Shown: positions 12,043 through 24,200 of the stretch, piece by piece
Position numbering within the stretch: position 1 is the stretch's first letter
Layout: every line of letters begins with the position of its first letter
NCBI RefSeq assembly: GCF_963921235.1
Contig: NC_086097.1
Coordinates: forward strand, 157,048,001 to 157,112,000
Source: Mobula hypostoma
Taxonomy: Eukaryota
Length of the DNA stretch: 64,000 bases
Direction: 5' to 3'
Notes under the pieces: generated by a model
What the model was told of the DNA's origin: nothing
Databases searched by the model: none
The model's input: only the letters and a program-made list of their open reading frames with translations
Made by a program: the position numbers and the translations under genes

Positions 12043-12984
12043 ACAGTAGAACATAAAACAAAAACTATAGTTGTCACTACCTTTAGAACTAGCTATAGGA
12101 ATCACTACAGGTTAGCACACTATGATCACTTGGATCACATTTTACTAAAATGAAATTTTTTTTGTTCTTTATAAAAATGTCAGAAATTTATGGTTAATTT
12201 ATGCTTTTTTCTTGTGAATACATCTTATATGATGCTCTGTGCTTGTGATGCAATCAAAAGTAAGATTTTCATTGCATACATGTATGAATGCATATCACAA
12301 TAAACTTGACTTTGACCTTGACATAATGCTTTGGGCCATCTTATTTGGGTAGCTTTCCCGGTCCATCAAAATTTACATGCAATCAAAAGCTCCCATATAA
12401 CAACCACTAGTTAGCAGGAATTGTGCATTTTCCGGCATGTAATTATGTGACTTGCTAGTCTTACACCAGAGTCTGGTTAGGAATTAGCCACAGATGAATG
12501 ATTAAGGAAAGGGGAATGAGAAGGGTTCAGAACACAATGCATGGGTCAGTGAGTTGAGATTCATTTAGTTATGAAAAATGTATGAGGCCTCGACCAAGGT
12601 AGCATTTGTGGTTAAGGACCACAGAGCATAGCATTCCAAAGAACCAGTCAGAAATGGTTCCAAGGAAGGGGATGGGGTGATGGGGGGTGTTGTGTTCTTA
12701 TATTTATACGTACCGTGGGTTAACAATAAAGAATCATATTCTGGAAGAATTAGAACTTTTATTTACAGCAACAAAACCAAACCACATTTTTACCAAGCCA
12801 TGTTCCAGATCATTCTATCATTTCTGTGCATGCTCAGAACTCTTTCCAATCACGTTCTGACACATCATATCACCACAAGGGGATGGCAAGGAACAGACGG
12901 GAGAAGTTCTTTTGAAGGTAGGGCTGGAAATCCGGGCATGAAGGGTGGGAAGAATGCTCTAATGATTTAGTGTGTAATTAGATG

Positions 12985-13545
12985 ACTGGAAAATGAAAAC
13001 AAGAATGTGATGTTGAGGTTTTATAAGCCATTAATCAGACCATATATGGAATATTTGAGCAGCTTTGGGTACCATATCTGCTGGCATTGGAGAGACTTCA
13101 AAGGAGATTTACAAGAACGATCTCAGGAATGAAAGGGCCTATACCTACTGAAATTCCTAAAAATGAGGGAGTATTTCATTGAAATCTGTCAAATATTGAA
13201 AGATCTAAATAGAGTGGGCTTGGAGTGGATGTTTTTATTAGTGATGGAGTCTAGGACCAGAGGACAGGTTCAGAATAGAAGGACTTCTCTTTAGTATAAA
13301 GATAAGGAGGAATTTCTTTAGCCAGAAGGTAGTGCAGCTGTGGAATTCATTATCACAGACAGCTGTGACAGACAAATCACTGGGTATATTTAAACAGATG
13401 TTGATAGTTTCTTAATTAGTAAAAATATCAGAAGTTATGAGGAAATGCAGAAGAATGGGGTTGAGAGAGAAGAAAATTCAGACATGATTGAATGGTCGAG
13501 CAGACTCAAAGGGCTAATTCTACTCCTATCTTATGGTCTTATTGT
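12985..13545 (+). mobile_element. Old CR1 3' fragment
   Basis: Degenerate RT C-terminus and a tail ending tcttatggtcttat. Confidence 0.8.
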
Positions 13546-14259
13546 AATGGGCAGCTCAAGGGTGTATTTTCTTATCATTGCAGTTCCTCTGCAATGGACT
13601 AAAATGTGCTTCCTCATGTGTGGACTGCTTTGGTGGCTCAAAGATGACTCCTGGTCTGAAATATCCACGTGAACATTCCAAACAGCTGATTTGATCAATG
13701 TTGCAGATATACTTCGTAGAGGCATAGCGTTGCAAAAAAACAGTATTTCAATTACTACTTTTTTAAAGTAGTTGACAAATAAATGTTTGCTTTGATTGTA
13801 GGATATTTCAATTTCTGCTTAAATCCCCTCTAAGGTTTAGAATCAGAACCAAATTTAATATCACTGATTTAAATTACGTGAATTTGCTTTGTTTTGTGGT
13901 AGCAAACTTCATTCTATTTTCTGCAAAATATTAAACACTTAACTTTGTTTCCTTCCTGGTGTGCTGACTCTGAAATTTCTTCAGTGTGATTTGCTGTCAG
14001 CCTGATTGATGATATTTCTGTTACTTGACATTAGTGAAGCTTTAGATCTAGTGCTTAAATTGGAGAGGAGAGAAATCCACACCACAGTAATCACTAGGCT
14101 TTTGTCAGTAGCTTCAAGGGAGAATGGGTTGATGATTTAGTGCTTAACAGGCTGATGAGATAAGTGTTTTCTTATCATTTATATTTCCCACATTGGCTCT
14201 GCAAGGTTGAAAACAAATTATCCTGTGTGTGCCCCACAGTGTGTGTCCTCTGAACAAGG

Positions 14260-14550
14260 TACTCCCAAATCTGGACGACATGCATGGAAGGCGAGAGGAG
14301 CAAAGTTTAAAGGAGATGTATGGGGCAAGTAGTTTTTCACACAGAATCATGAAGCCTGAAATAGACTGTCAGGGCAATGGTGGAAGCAGACATGATGATG
14401 GCTTTTAAAAGGCTCTCAGGCAGACAAATGAATATGTAGGGATGGAGGGATATGGATCATGTATAGGCAGTAGAGGATTTAATTTAACATTGTGTTTGGT
14501 ACAGACATTATGGGCCAGCGGGCCTGTTCCTGTGCTGTACTGATCTATCT
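14260..14550 (+). mobile_element. CR1 3' fragment
   Basis: Typical CR1 3' end (gggcctgttcctgtgctgtactgatctat). Confidence 0.75.
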
Positions 14551-14814
14551 TCCACATAAAACCTCTATAATGGTCTAAGTTGGCAAGTTTTTCACCTCAC
14601 AGCTGAGTGCAAAATCTGAACATTCATAATTGCACAGTCTCACAGATTTCATATTACCAAAGCGCAGGAGAGGAATGTGTACCTGTACATCTGCACAGCA
14701 AACCACAGAAAAATGTATTTTCGTATTAAATCTCCAGTACAGCACCCCACAGAGAACGTCAAGTGGCAAGAGGAAGCAAAAATGTCAGTAGACTTGTGCA
14801 GGAGACATTTAAGG

Positions 14815-14886
14815 CAAGGGTTCCCAACTGACATGGGCCAATACCATTAAACAAGGGGTTCATGGACTCCAGGTTGGGAATCCCTG
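14815..14886. mobile_element. 72-bp hAT-type MITE
   Basis: TIRs CAAGGGTTCCCAAC and GTTGGGAATCCCTG; 8-bp flanks ATTTAAGG/TGTTAAGG (6 of 8 identical). Confidence 0.7.
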
Positions 14887-15341
14887 TGTTAAGGTGATAG
14901 GTGAGCTTTGAACTAAGTGTCCATACAGGGTGGGGGAAGGAATGTTGAGCTACAATTCAAAGTGAAATTAGATTGCCTTAGTGTATAATAGATTTATCTT
15001 TGGCGATCAAATTTTTTTTCAATGTTACAGGATTATTTGTGTATATTATAAAAGAGTTCACACTTTTAAAATAGGTTAATTAATACTGAAGCACTTTGGG
15101 ATGTCCTGATATTATCAAGTTCAAGTTTAATTATCATTCAACCATACATGAATATAGCCAAATCAAACAGCGTTTCTCCAGGGCCAACATCCAAAACACA
15201 ATACCTACAGCACATAGCACACTGCACATGGCACATAGCACAAATAGCACATACGGTTATATTTTAGAAAAACATACAATCACACAGAAAAGAATATATA
15301 GCCCAAGTCACTGACTGTCCTGCTCGTTCTTCTACTGAGCT

Positions 15342-15416
15342 AACACCAGAGGGCAGCACTGAGCAAGCACTGACGCATTGGAGGGCAGCACCAATTCAGC
15401 AAGTACTGTATAAATA
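15342..15416 (+). promoter_or_regulatory. Two CTCF-like motifs, a CRE-like TGACGCA and a TATA-like TATAAATA
   Basis: ACACCAGAGGGCAGCACT and CATTGGAGGGCAGCACC. Motif match only. Confidence 0.35.
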
Positions 15417-15439
15417 GAAGTTCTTTCATTCTATGCTCT

Positions 15440-15530
15440 GTAAGTGATGCATTGTCAGAGGTGTCAGCCTTTGGATGAATACAGCTTTTTAGTTGAACAC
15501 AACCATCAGAAAAACAGGGAATTGTCAATT
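15440..15530 (+). mobile_element. Possible DeuSINE (Deu-domain) remnant
   Basis: gatgcattgtcagaggtgtcagcctttggatga resembles the Deu core as I recall it. Short match. Confidence 0.35.
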
Positions 15531-16432
15531 GCATTTCCATGCACCCGATAAAGGACCTGATAACAGCAAACCAATCAGTTTGCGGTTCTCTATGTGGTTA
15601 ATAGTTCCTGCCTTTGCGTATAGAATAGGAACAACCCATTTAAGAAGTAATTTGTTGTACTTTTGAGAAAAAGAAACATGCATTATATCAATATAAATAT
15701 TTCTCCAGAACAAAATATCCTATCTGAAGTATTCTTTTATCTCATCTGCGTCATTTTACAGTTTGCTTGTTTTATTTTTGTTGTTCAGAATTCCTGGTAT
15801 CATTATTTAGGACAATTTGAAAGCTGAGTCAAAGGCAGGCACCTAATATCTCTGTAGCTTTCCATGTAAAAAAAACTATTCAAATGTTCTGATCATAGAT
15901 GAAACAGTTGGTGGTGTCAAGTTGTCATGGAAACTAAATACAGAACCTCAGAGGGGACCCATTGTGTCACTCAAAGCTTGAGCACTAAATGATACCTAAA
16001 AATTATTGTTATCTCACCTAGTGTTCATTTATCCGGTACCCATACGCATTATATGTCTTCCGAGTTGGTTTCTGCTATTTGCATTTTAATTTTGTGATAA
16101 AAATTGAAGATAGATCTTCCTTCACTGTTCTAATGCATTGAATCACGGATTCAGATAAGCTGCACACTATTCAACTTCCTGGCTCTTTTCTCCGTTTAAT
16201 ACCATACTTCTGGTATTTCACTGGCTATGGACCTGATCACCATTTTGTTTTCAATATTGTGTAAAGGAGACCCTATGCAAGTGTTGGAATTATGTGGCAA
16301 TCATTTGATATGGAAAGAAATGATTGCTCTTTAGATTAAGATGCCAATCATTCAACTTTTCAAAAAAAAATGCCATCTACCTGAATCTCTGCAATCCTGA
16401 AGATCTGTTATATACTTGAGATATTTTAATAT

Positions 16433-17369
16433 TGTGACAAGAATACACATAGATAAGATGTTAGCTGTCCTGTGTGATCAGCAGTTGGTCTGCCACCTGT
16501 CTTCAAGAGAGAGATAAGGAACAATGAAGCAGCATTTGGAGATGTGTAATGAAGGGACGGGAGAGAGAGCTGTCTGGAGCGGCTCCCCCTTTGAACCCTG
16601 AACTGTCTGAAGGGATGGACAGGCGATCTGGAGATGTTTAATGAAGGGACAGGAGAGAGAGCTGTCTGGAGCGGCTCCCCCTTTGAACCCTGAACTGTTT
16701 GAAGTGATGGACCGGCGATGCCCCAGCAGGGGGATAAAAAGGGCCAGGTTCGCTAAGGCAGGACACACGACACCCGAGGTAACGAGACCCTGGAAGCGGT
16801 GCGCCTCTCACGAGTCGGTGGGAAGTATCGGACCTTAAATGCACAGGGTGGAAAGGTACGATCAATGGGAACCCGGTGTGTGTCCTCCCTCGCTTGGGTG
16901 CCGGGTTCACTGCAGAGGATCGACCGCATCTGGAGGAGGGGTCACAGTCGGTGACCTCAGGTGACATCACCAAGGACCTGCCCGAAAGCTGCTTGTGAGC
17001 AATATCGCCGGTCTGTGAGTGGAAGCCGTGTCTGAATGATCAGTCATTCTCGTTCTCTCTCTCTCTCTCCCCCCACATTGTCCATCGCCATGGCAACGAT
17101 TACTGCAAACTGAACTAAATTGGACTGAACATTTGTGTCACTTTGAAATTTGGTCATTTACCCCTAGACAACGATAGAGCTTGATTGATGCTGTTATCTT
17201 AATTCTGTGCACATGTGTGTTTATCATTGCTGAACTGTTGCATTTATTATCCTTTCGATTACTGTGTTGCTTGTTTCTTTAATAAAACTTTTTTAGTTCT
17301 AGTAATCCAGACTCCAACTGAGTGATCCATTTCTGCTGGTTTGGCAACCCAGTTACGGGGTACGTAACA
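16433..17369 (+). mobile_element. Solo LTR (Gypsy- or ERV-like), 937 bp
   Basis: TGTGACA...GTAACA termini; perfect ATAT TSD; TATA-like GATAAAAA near 16733; AATAAA at 17281. Confidence 0.92.
16537..16719 (+). repeat. 92-bp tandem duplication in the LTR U3 region
   Basis: tggagatg..gctccccctttgaaccctgaactg..ggcgat starts at both 16537 and 16629. Confidence 0.95.
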
Positions 17370-18139
17370 ATATATATTCATCCTTCAGGTAGCCTGATCA
17401 CCACCAGCACTAGTTTGCATATCAGGAGGTGGAATATTGTGAAATGGCAGAAATGAGGCAATCATGCCTTAAGAGGCTGAAGACTTGTAACAAGCAAAAT
17501 TTAACATTTAGCTACGTGTCAGTAAACAGCATTCTCAGTTGAGGAAGTCAGTACTCTCTTCAATGTTTCTGTGACATTTCATTTCAGTGTATATAACTAT
17601 ACTTGGTTGGCTCTCTGTTTTCCTCTGGTTCATCTGACTGGATGGGTGGGGAGAAGGGGCTAAATAAGGTGGGTTTTTGTGTGTCAGTGGGTATTCAAAC
17701 TCATAATTGGGTTGAGGTTTACAGGCCCTACGCACAAGAACAGCAGTAAGAGGATTCACGCAACCAAAGAACCTCTATAGGAAGATGCTCTAAAACTGTA
17801 ACAATGAAATAGATTACCATAGGCCTCTTTAATATAGCCGAATCAGGCTTTGACTCCCTGTTGTCCATGCCTTCATAAGTAACAAAAACATTCAAAAAAT
17901 GTGCAATCATGATTCAATGCCAATTAATGTCACTGTACATATTTGGCAGTTTTATGGATAAAACTTGTGGAAACATAGTATTATTAATAAAGGATCAATT
18001 GATATATGATGTCAGTCATATAGTGCACAAAATCTCACACTATACCCAAAGAATTTCTAGTCAAACCAAATACGGTGTGATAAATGACATAGTACAGGCC
18101 TCAATAGCCTTTGGATAACCTGCTATTAGTTCTAATATG

Positions 18140-18639
18140 CACTCAGGGGCCACTTTAATAAGTATCTCCTTTACCTAATAAAGCAGCCACTGAGTGTATG
18201 TCCGTGGCCTTCTGCTGTGTAGCCCATCCACTGCAAGATTCGACATATTGTGCATTCAGATATGCCTCTTTGCACACCACTACTGTAACACATGGTTATT
18301 TGAATTACTGTCACCTTCCATCAGCTTGACCCTGTCTGGCCAAACTCCTCTGACCTCTCTCATTAACAAGGCATTTTTTTTGTTTGTTGCACCATTCTTT
18401 GTAAGCTCTAGAGAACGTTGTGTGTGAAACTCCCAGAAGATCAGCAGTTTCACAGTCCACAGTTGAAGTCACTTAGATCACATTTCTTCCTTAATCTGAT
18501 GTTACCTCTGAACAACAAATCAACCTCTTGATCATGTCTACATACCTTTATCAGTTAAATTACTGCCACCTGATTAGCCGATTAGATATTTGTATTAACA
18601 AGCAGATGTACAGTTGTACCTAATGAAGTGACCATGAGT
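18140..18639 (-). mobile_element. Tc1-derived non-autonomous element with an internal TIR hairpin
   Basis: TIR CACTCAG(T/G)GGCCACTTTA, inverted at ~18172-18196 and again at ~18617-18639. The interior is antisense to the Tc1 sequence at 30525-30988. Confidence 0.8.
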
Positions 18640-18699
18640 TTGTGATCCTACATATAACACAGACTGGAAGCTGGTTGGAAAGGATTTGATTACAAGCAT

Positions 18700-19000
18700 A
18701 AAATCCTTGGAAACACCTGACCATGTTACTTCAAGAGATTCCGAATGACTATTTGGAATGACTAAACCTCCACAGTCGGGAAGTAGAGAATTCCAAAGAA
18801 TCACTGCCCCCTCAGTCAGGAAATATCTTCTCATATCTGCTCTTAATGGTTGGCTCCTTATTTTGAGATTGTGACCTTTAGATACATCAGCCAAGAGAAA
18901 CATCATTCCTATATCTATTTTGTCAAAAATTTCGGCATTTTGAATGTCTCAATATGATCATTTTTTGGCGTTCTGAGTTCGAGGGAATATAGATGCAGTC
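18700..19000 (-). mobile_element. Old CR1 3' fragment
   Basis: ORF 18595..18906 reads KGHNLKIRSQPLRADMRRYFLTEGAVILWNSL. Confidence 0.7.
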
Positions 19001-19316
19001 TGCTATTCACCACCATCTTGGATATCATCCTGCAGAACGCTTGTTGCCTCTCATAATCCTGACAGGGTTAGAAGACCGGGCTTGTACGTAATATTGCATG
19101 TGCTGTCTCACCAGGGCCCAATTTACTTGAAGCAAATCACCTCAGCCCTTATATTCAATTACTCTTGCGAATGGAGTCAACTGCAGTTTCAAAATCAGGT
19201 TTACTATCATTAGCATATATGATGAAATTCCTTAACTTAGCGACAGCAGTACAATGCAATACATGATAATATAGAAAAATAAATAAGTAATTCAATTACA
19301 GTAAGTATATATGTAT

Positions 19317-19627
19317 TAAAAAAAGGCATTCGTTAGTCTTGTGAGACCATGGATCTGCGCCTGGAAAGTCTTCACTCTCCAGGGCACAGGCCTGGGCAAG
19401 ATTGTATGGAAGACCAGCAGTTGCCCATGCTTCAAGTCTCCCCTCTCCATGACACCAATGTTGTCCAAGGGAAGGACATTAGGACCCATACAGCTTGGCA
19501 CCAGTGTCGTCGCAGAGCTATGTGTGATTAAGTGCCTTGCTCAAGGACACAACACGCTGCCTCGGCTGGGGCTGGAATTCACAACCTTCAGATCGCTAGT
19601 CAAATGCCTTAACCACTTGGCCACACT
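19317..19627 (-). mobile_element. tRNA-derived SINE with a CORE-like body
   Basis: Head GTGTGGCCAAGTGGTTAAGG (A box) with a degenerate B box; body GTGTCCTTGAGCAAGGCACTTAA; TSD TATATGTAT (19308-19316 and 19628-19636). Confidence 0.85.
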
Positions 19628-21062
19628 TATATGTATATTATATGTATATTAAACAATTAAACTAAAAAGTTGCAAAAACAAATAATTTTTTAAAAAGTGA
19701 GGTAGTGTTCATGGGTTCAATGTCCATTTAGAAATTAGATAGCAGAGGGGAAGGGGCTGTTCCTGAATTGCTGAGCGTGTGCCTTCAGGCTTCTGTACCC
19801 GCTTCCTGATGGTAACAATAAGAAAAGGGCATGTCCTGGGTGATGGGGTCCTTAATAATAGACACCGCCTTTCTGAGACACTGATCCTTGAAGATGTTGT
19901 CTTGGATACTGCAGAGGTTAGTGTCCATTACGGAGCTGATTAATTTTACAACTTTCTGTAGCTTCTTTCAATCCTGTGCGTTAGAATCACACCACCCAAT
20001 CCCCCCCCCCCCACCCGCCCGTCATACCAGACAGTGGTGCAGTCTATCCAAACACTCTCCATGGTACACCTGTAGAAGTTTCTGAGTGTTTTGGGAAAAA
20101 CCAAATCTCAAAATCCTAATAAAATATAGCTTCTGTCTTGCCCTCTTTATAGCTGTATCGATATGTTGGGACCAGATTATATCCTCAGAGATATTGACAC
20201 ACAGAAACTTGAAATTGCTCACTCTCTCTACTCCTGATCCCTTTATGAGAATTAGTTCATGTTCCCTTATCTTACCTTCCTGAAGTCCACAATCAGCTCT
20301 GTGGTCTTATTGACATTGAGTGCATGGTTGTTGCTGTGACACCACTCAGCTAGCTGGTATATCTCGTTCCTGTGCACCCTTTAGTCTCCATCTGAGATTT
20401 TACTAACAATGGTTATATCATCAGTAGATTTGAGTTATACCTTGCCACACAGTCATGGGTATAGAGGGAGTAGAGCAATGGGCTAAGCACACAACCCTGA
20501 GGTGCACCAGTGTGGAATGTCAGCGAGGAGGAGATATTAAAACCAATCCACACAGATTGTGGTCTTCCAGTTAGTAAGACAAGGATCCAATTTCAGAGGG
20601 AGGTGCAGAGGCTCAGGCTCTGTAGTTGATCGATCAGGATTATGGGAATGATGGTGTTAAAAGCTGAGCAATCGCCAATGAACAACAGCTTGACATAGGT
20701 GTTTGCATTATCCAGGTGATCTAAGGCCTTGTGAAGAGCGATTGAGATTGTGTCTGCGCAGACCTATTGTGGCGATTGGCAACTTGCAGTGGGTTCAAAT
20801 CCTTGCTGAGGCAGGAGTTGATTCTAGCCGTGATCAATCTCTCAAAGCATTTCATCACTGTAGATGTGAGTGCTATTGGATGATAGTCGACGGACTTCCG
20901 GTAGCGCTCATGGAGTGAAGTCGCGTTCTTGACTCGCTCCATTACCTCTGAGTTTTTTTACTCTATGGTCAGCTATACTTTAATTAACCATTAAGGCATC
21001 AATTTTTATAATACTTTGAATTAAACTGAATTCTCTGACAATTGGATGATACTTGATCTGCT

Positions 21063-21278
21063 ATGTCTAAGAACGGGAAAAACAGCAAGGATGGTAAACC
21101 TTCGGCTAAACCAAAAGCTACGGATCTCCCTCCGACTGAATCACCGGTGACTTTGAAAGCGATATCGGAGTTAATTCAGAGGGAAATTTCAACCTCTGTT
21201 AGGGAGATGATTCGTACGGAAATTGCAGGCTTTGTTAAAGATCTGATTCATGCGGAAATCTCAACTAATTTCCAGTAA
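21063..21278 (+). pseudogene. L1 ORF1 N-terminal stub (71 aa), ending at the deletion junction
   Basis: Follows the 5'UTR. MSKNGKNSKDGK start, then a helical or coiled-coil-like stretch, then TAA at the junction. Confidence 0.7.
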
Positions 21279-24200
21279 TTTTTTTCTTTCTGATTCTGGG
21301 TCGACGGACATTTGGCGTTTTCTGCATCCTCAGGAAAAAGATTTTTCCTTTTTTTCACATGTTCATCATTCCTATTCAAGAATTGATTATTTTTTTATTG
21401 ACTCTCGTCTCATTCCTTCAGTGATTAAATGTGATTATGATTCTATAACCATTTCGGATCATGCTCCACTTAAGCTTTCTATTAAAATTATGGCCAATAT
21501 ACCAAACAATAGACAATGGCGTTTTAATTCGCTGTTGCTTCAGGACTCGGACTTTGTTAATTTTATGAATGAACAGATTGAGCTTTTTTTTACAATTAAC
21601 CATACAGAAGATATTTCGGTTAACACTCTTTGGGACACTTTTAAAGCCTATATTCGGGGTCAGATTATTTCGTATTCCGTTGCTTTGAGGAAGAAACAGA
21701 AGCAGGAGGAGATGGCAATTGTGGACAAGATTAAAGAAATTGATAAGAAATATGTTATGGCTCCTTCTGAGGAGCTATACAAACAAAGAACTGAACTTCA
21801 AATGGAACACAGTTTACTACTCTCGTCCTCGATTGTAAACCAATTAAAGAAAACAAGAAGTGATTTTTATGTTCATAGTGATAAAATTGGCAAGCTGCTG
21901 GCTAATCAATTGAAATCTAATTATGTTAAATCTCAAATCAATCAGATTTATAACCAAAATGATCGATTGATATTGGATCATGTGGGGATTAATCAAACCT
22001 TTTGTGATTTTTATTCTTCTTTATATCAATCAGAGTCTCCTCGAGATTCTAAATATATGAATGATTTTTTAGATAAGTTAGACTTCCCTCAGATTTCACA
22101 GGATATGTCTTCTTTATTAGATACTTCCATTACAATGGATGAGATTAAGAATGTTATTTTTTCTATGAATCTGGGGAAAGCTCCTGGCCCTGATGGGTTT
22201 ACCGTTGAATTTTATAAATGTTTTGCTTCTTTATTGATTCCTTGGCTCTATAAGGTTTTTGAGGCTTCTTTGAAACTTGGTAAACTTCCGGAATCTTTTA
22301 ATAGAGCATCAATTTCTTTAATACTAAAGAAGGATAAAGACCCTGCTCAATGTGCATCTTATAGACCAATATCTTTATTAAATGTTGATTCTAAAGTTTT
22401 TTCTAAGTTATTAGCAAATAGACTAGAAAAAGTACTTCCTTCTATTATTTCGGAAGACCAAACGGGTTTTATTAAAGGTCGTTACTTTTTTTATAATATT
22501 CGTACATTGTTAAATATCGTTTATACTCCCTCACAAAATGTTCCTGAGTGTGTTATTTCTTTAGATGCCGAGAAAGCTTTTGATAGAGTAGAATGGCCTT
22601 ATTTATTTAAGGTGCTTGAAATGTTTAATTTTAGCTTGAAATTTATATCCTGGATTAAACTGTTATATCACTCCCCTGTAGCTTCGGTTCGTACTAACTC
22701 TTTAAACTCACCTTTTTTTCCTCTCTTTCGTGGTACTCGACAAGGCTGTCCTCTTAGTCCCCTATTATTTGATATTGCATTAGAACCTCTTGCAATTGCT
22801 ATTCGAGAATCTTCAAATATTACTGGGATAACTCGGGGATTAAAGTCCCATAAATTATCACTCTATGCTGATGATTTACTTTTATATATTTCTAATCCTG
22901 AGAGATCTATTCCTGCTGTTTTAGAGTTATTAGCACAATTTGGTCTTTTCTCAGGTTATAAATTAAATCTTAGTAAGAGTGAACTTTTTCCGATTAATAA
23001 ACATCTTCCCTTATATTATAAATTTCCATTTAAATTGATTAATAATTACCTTTCATATCTTGGGATTAAAATTACTTGTAAACATAAAGATTTATTTAAG
23101 ACTAACTTTTTACCATTAATAGACCATATTACTCAACTTTCATCTAAATGGTTTCCCTTATATTTAACTTTGATTGGTCGTATTAATGCAGTTAAGATGT
23201 TTTTTTTGCCAAAATTTTTATATGTGTTTCAGGCATTACCAATTTTCGTTCCTAAATCTTTTTTTGATAAAGTCGACTCTAAAATTTCTTCATTTATTTG
23301 GCAGAATAAGAATCCGAGACTGGGTAAAATACATTTACAGAAAGCTAAGAGAGATGGAGGTTTAGCATTACCTAACTTTAGATTTTATTATTGGGCTATT
23401 AATATTCGACATATGAAATTTTGGTTACTTGACCGGGACATACTATCTATTCCTAAATGGGTAGCATTGGAATTACAATCTGTTCAGGGTTATACACTTG
23501 GTTCTATTTTAGGTTCATCTCTTCCCTTTGATTCGAAACGCCTTAAGCAGGTCTCTAACCCGATCGTTAAATATGCTTTGCGTATTTGGTTTCAATTCAG
23601 AAAATTTTTTGATCTTAATCAATTCGGGTTAGCGATTCCTATTTTAGGTAACATATTTTTTCCTCCCTCTTTTACGGATCGCGCTTTTCAAACTTGGAAG
23701 ACTAAGGGTATTTTACGGTTTTTGGATTTATTTTTAGATGGTTCCCTTGTGTCTTTTGAACAATTATCTAATAAATATAACTTATCAAGAATACATTTTT
23801 TTAGATATTTACAAGTTAGAAATTTCCTAAGTACTATACTTTCTTCCTTTCCAATGCTTCCTCCTATATATATTTTAGATTCGATAATTAACCTTAATCC
23901 ATGTCAGAAAGGTGCATCGGCTATGATTTATAATATTATTATGAAACTTAGGAAAGCTCCATTTGATAAGATTAGGGTAGATTGGGAACAGGAATTGGGG
24001 CTTACCATTTCTGTGGATGATTGGGGGCAGATTTTACAATTAGTTAATACTTCCTCTATTTGTGCTAAACATTCCCTAATTCAATTTAAAGTGGTTCATA
24101 GAGCACATATGTCCAAAGATAAGTTAGCGCGTTTTTACACGCATATTAATCCTTTCTGTGATAGATGTTCAGGGCAGATAGCCTCTTTAACTCATATGTT

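Noticed and set aside
13583..13693. Cys-rich exon-like frame FLCNGLKCASSCVDCFGG after a good acceptor
   Set aside because: It stops after 36 codons, has no convincing donor, and shows no homology that I recognise.
14640..14790. FHITKAQERNVYLYICTAN resembles an Ig/TCR V-segment end, followed by CACAGAG...GCAAAAATG
   Set aside because: The spacer is 21 nt, the nonamer is poor, upstream frames are closed, and there is no conserved Cys/Trp framework.
16537..16719. Direct repeats considered as a CRISPR-like array
   Set aside because: Only two contiguous units with no spacers, inside a eukaryotic LTR.
17672..17715. Perfect RSS nonamer GGTTTTTGT
   Set aside because: No CACTGTG heptamer at 12- or 23-nt spacing and no FGxG J motif.
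19540..19627. tRNA-like sequence (also at 34765 and ~54900)
   Set aside because: These are SINE heads with degenerate cloverleafs, continuous with SINE bodies, not tRNA genes.
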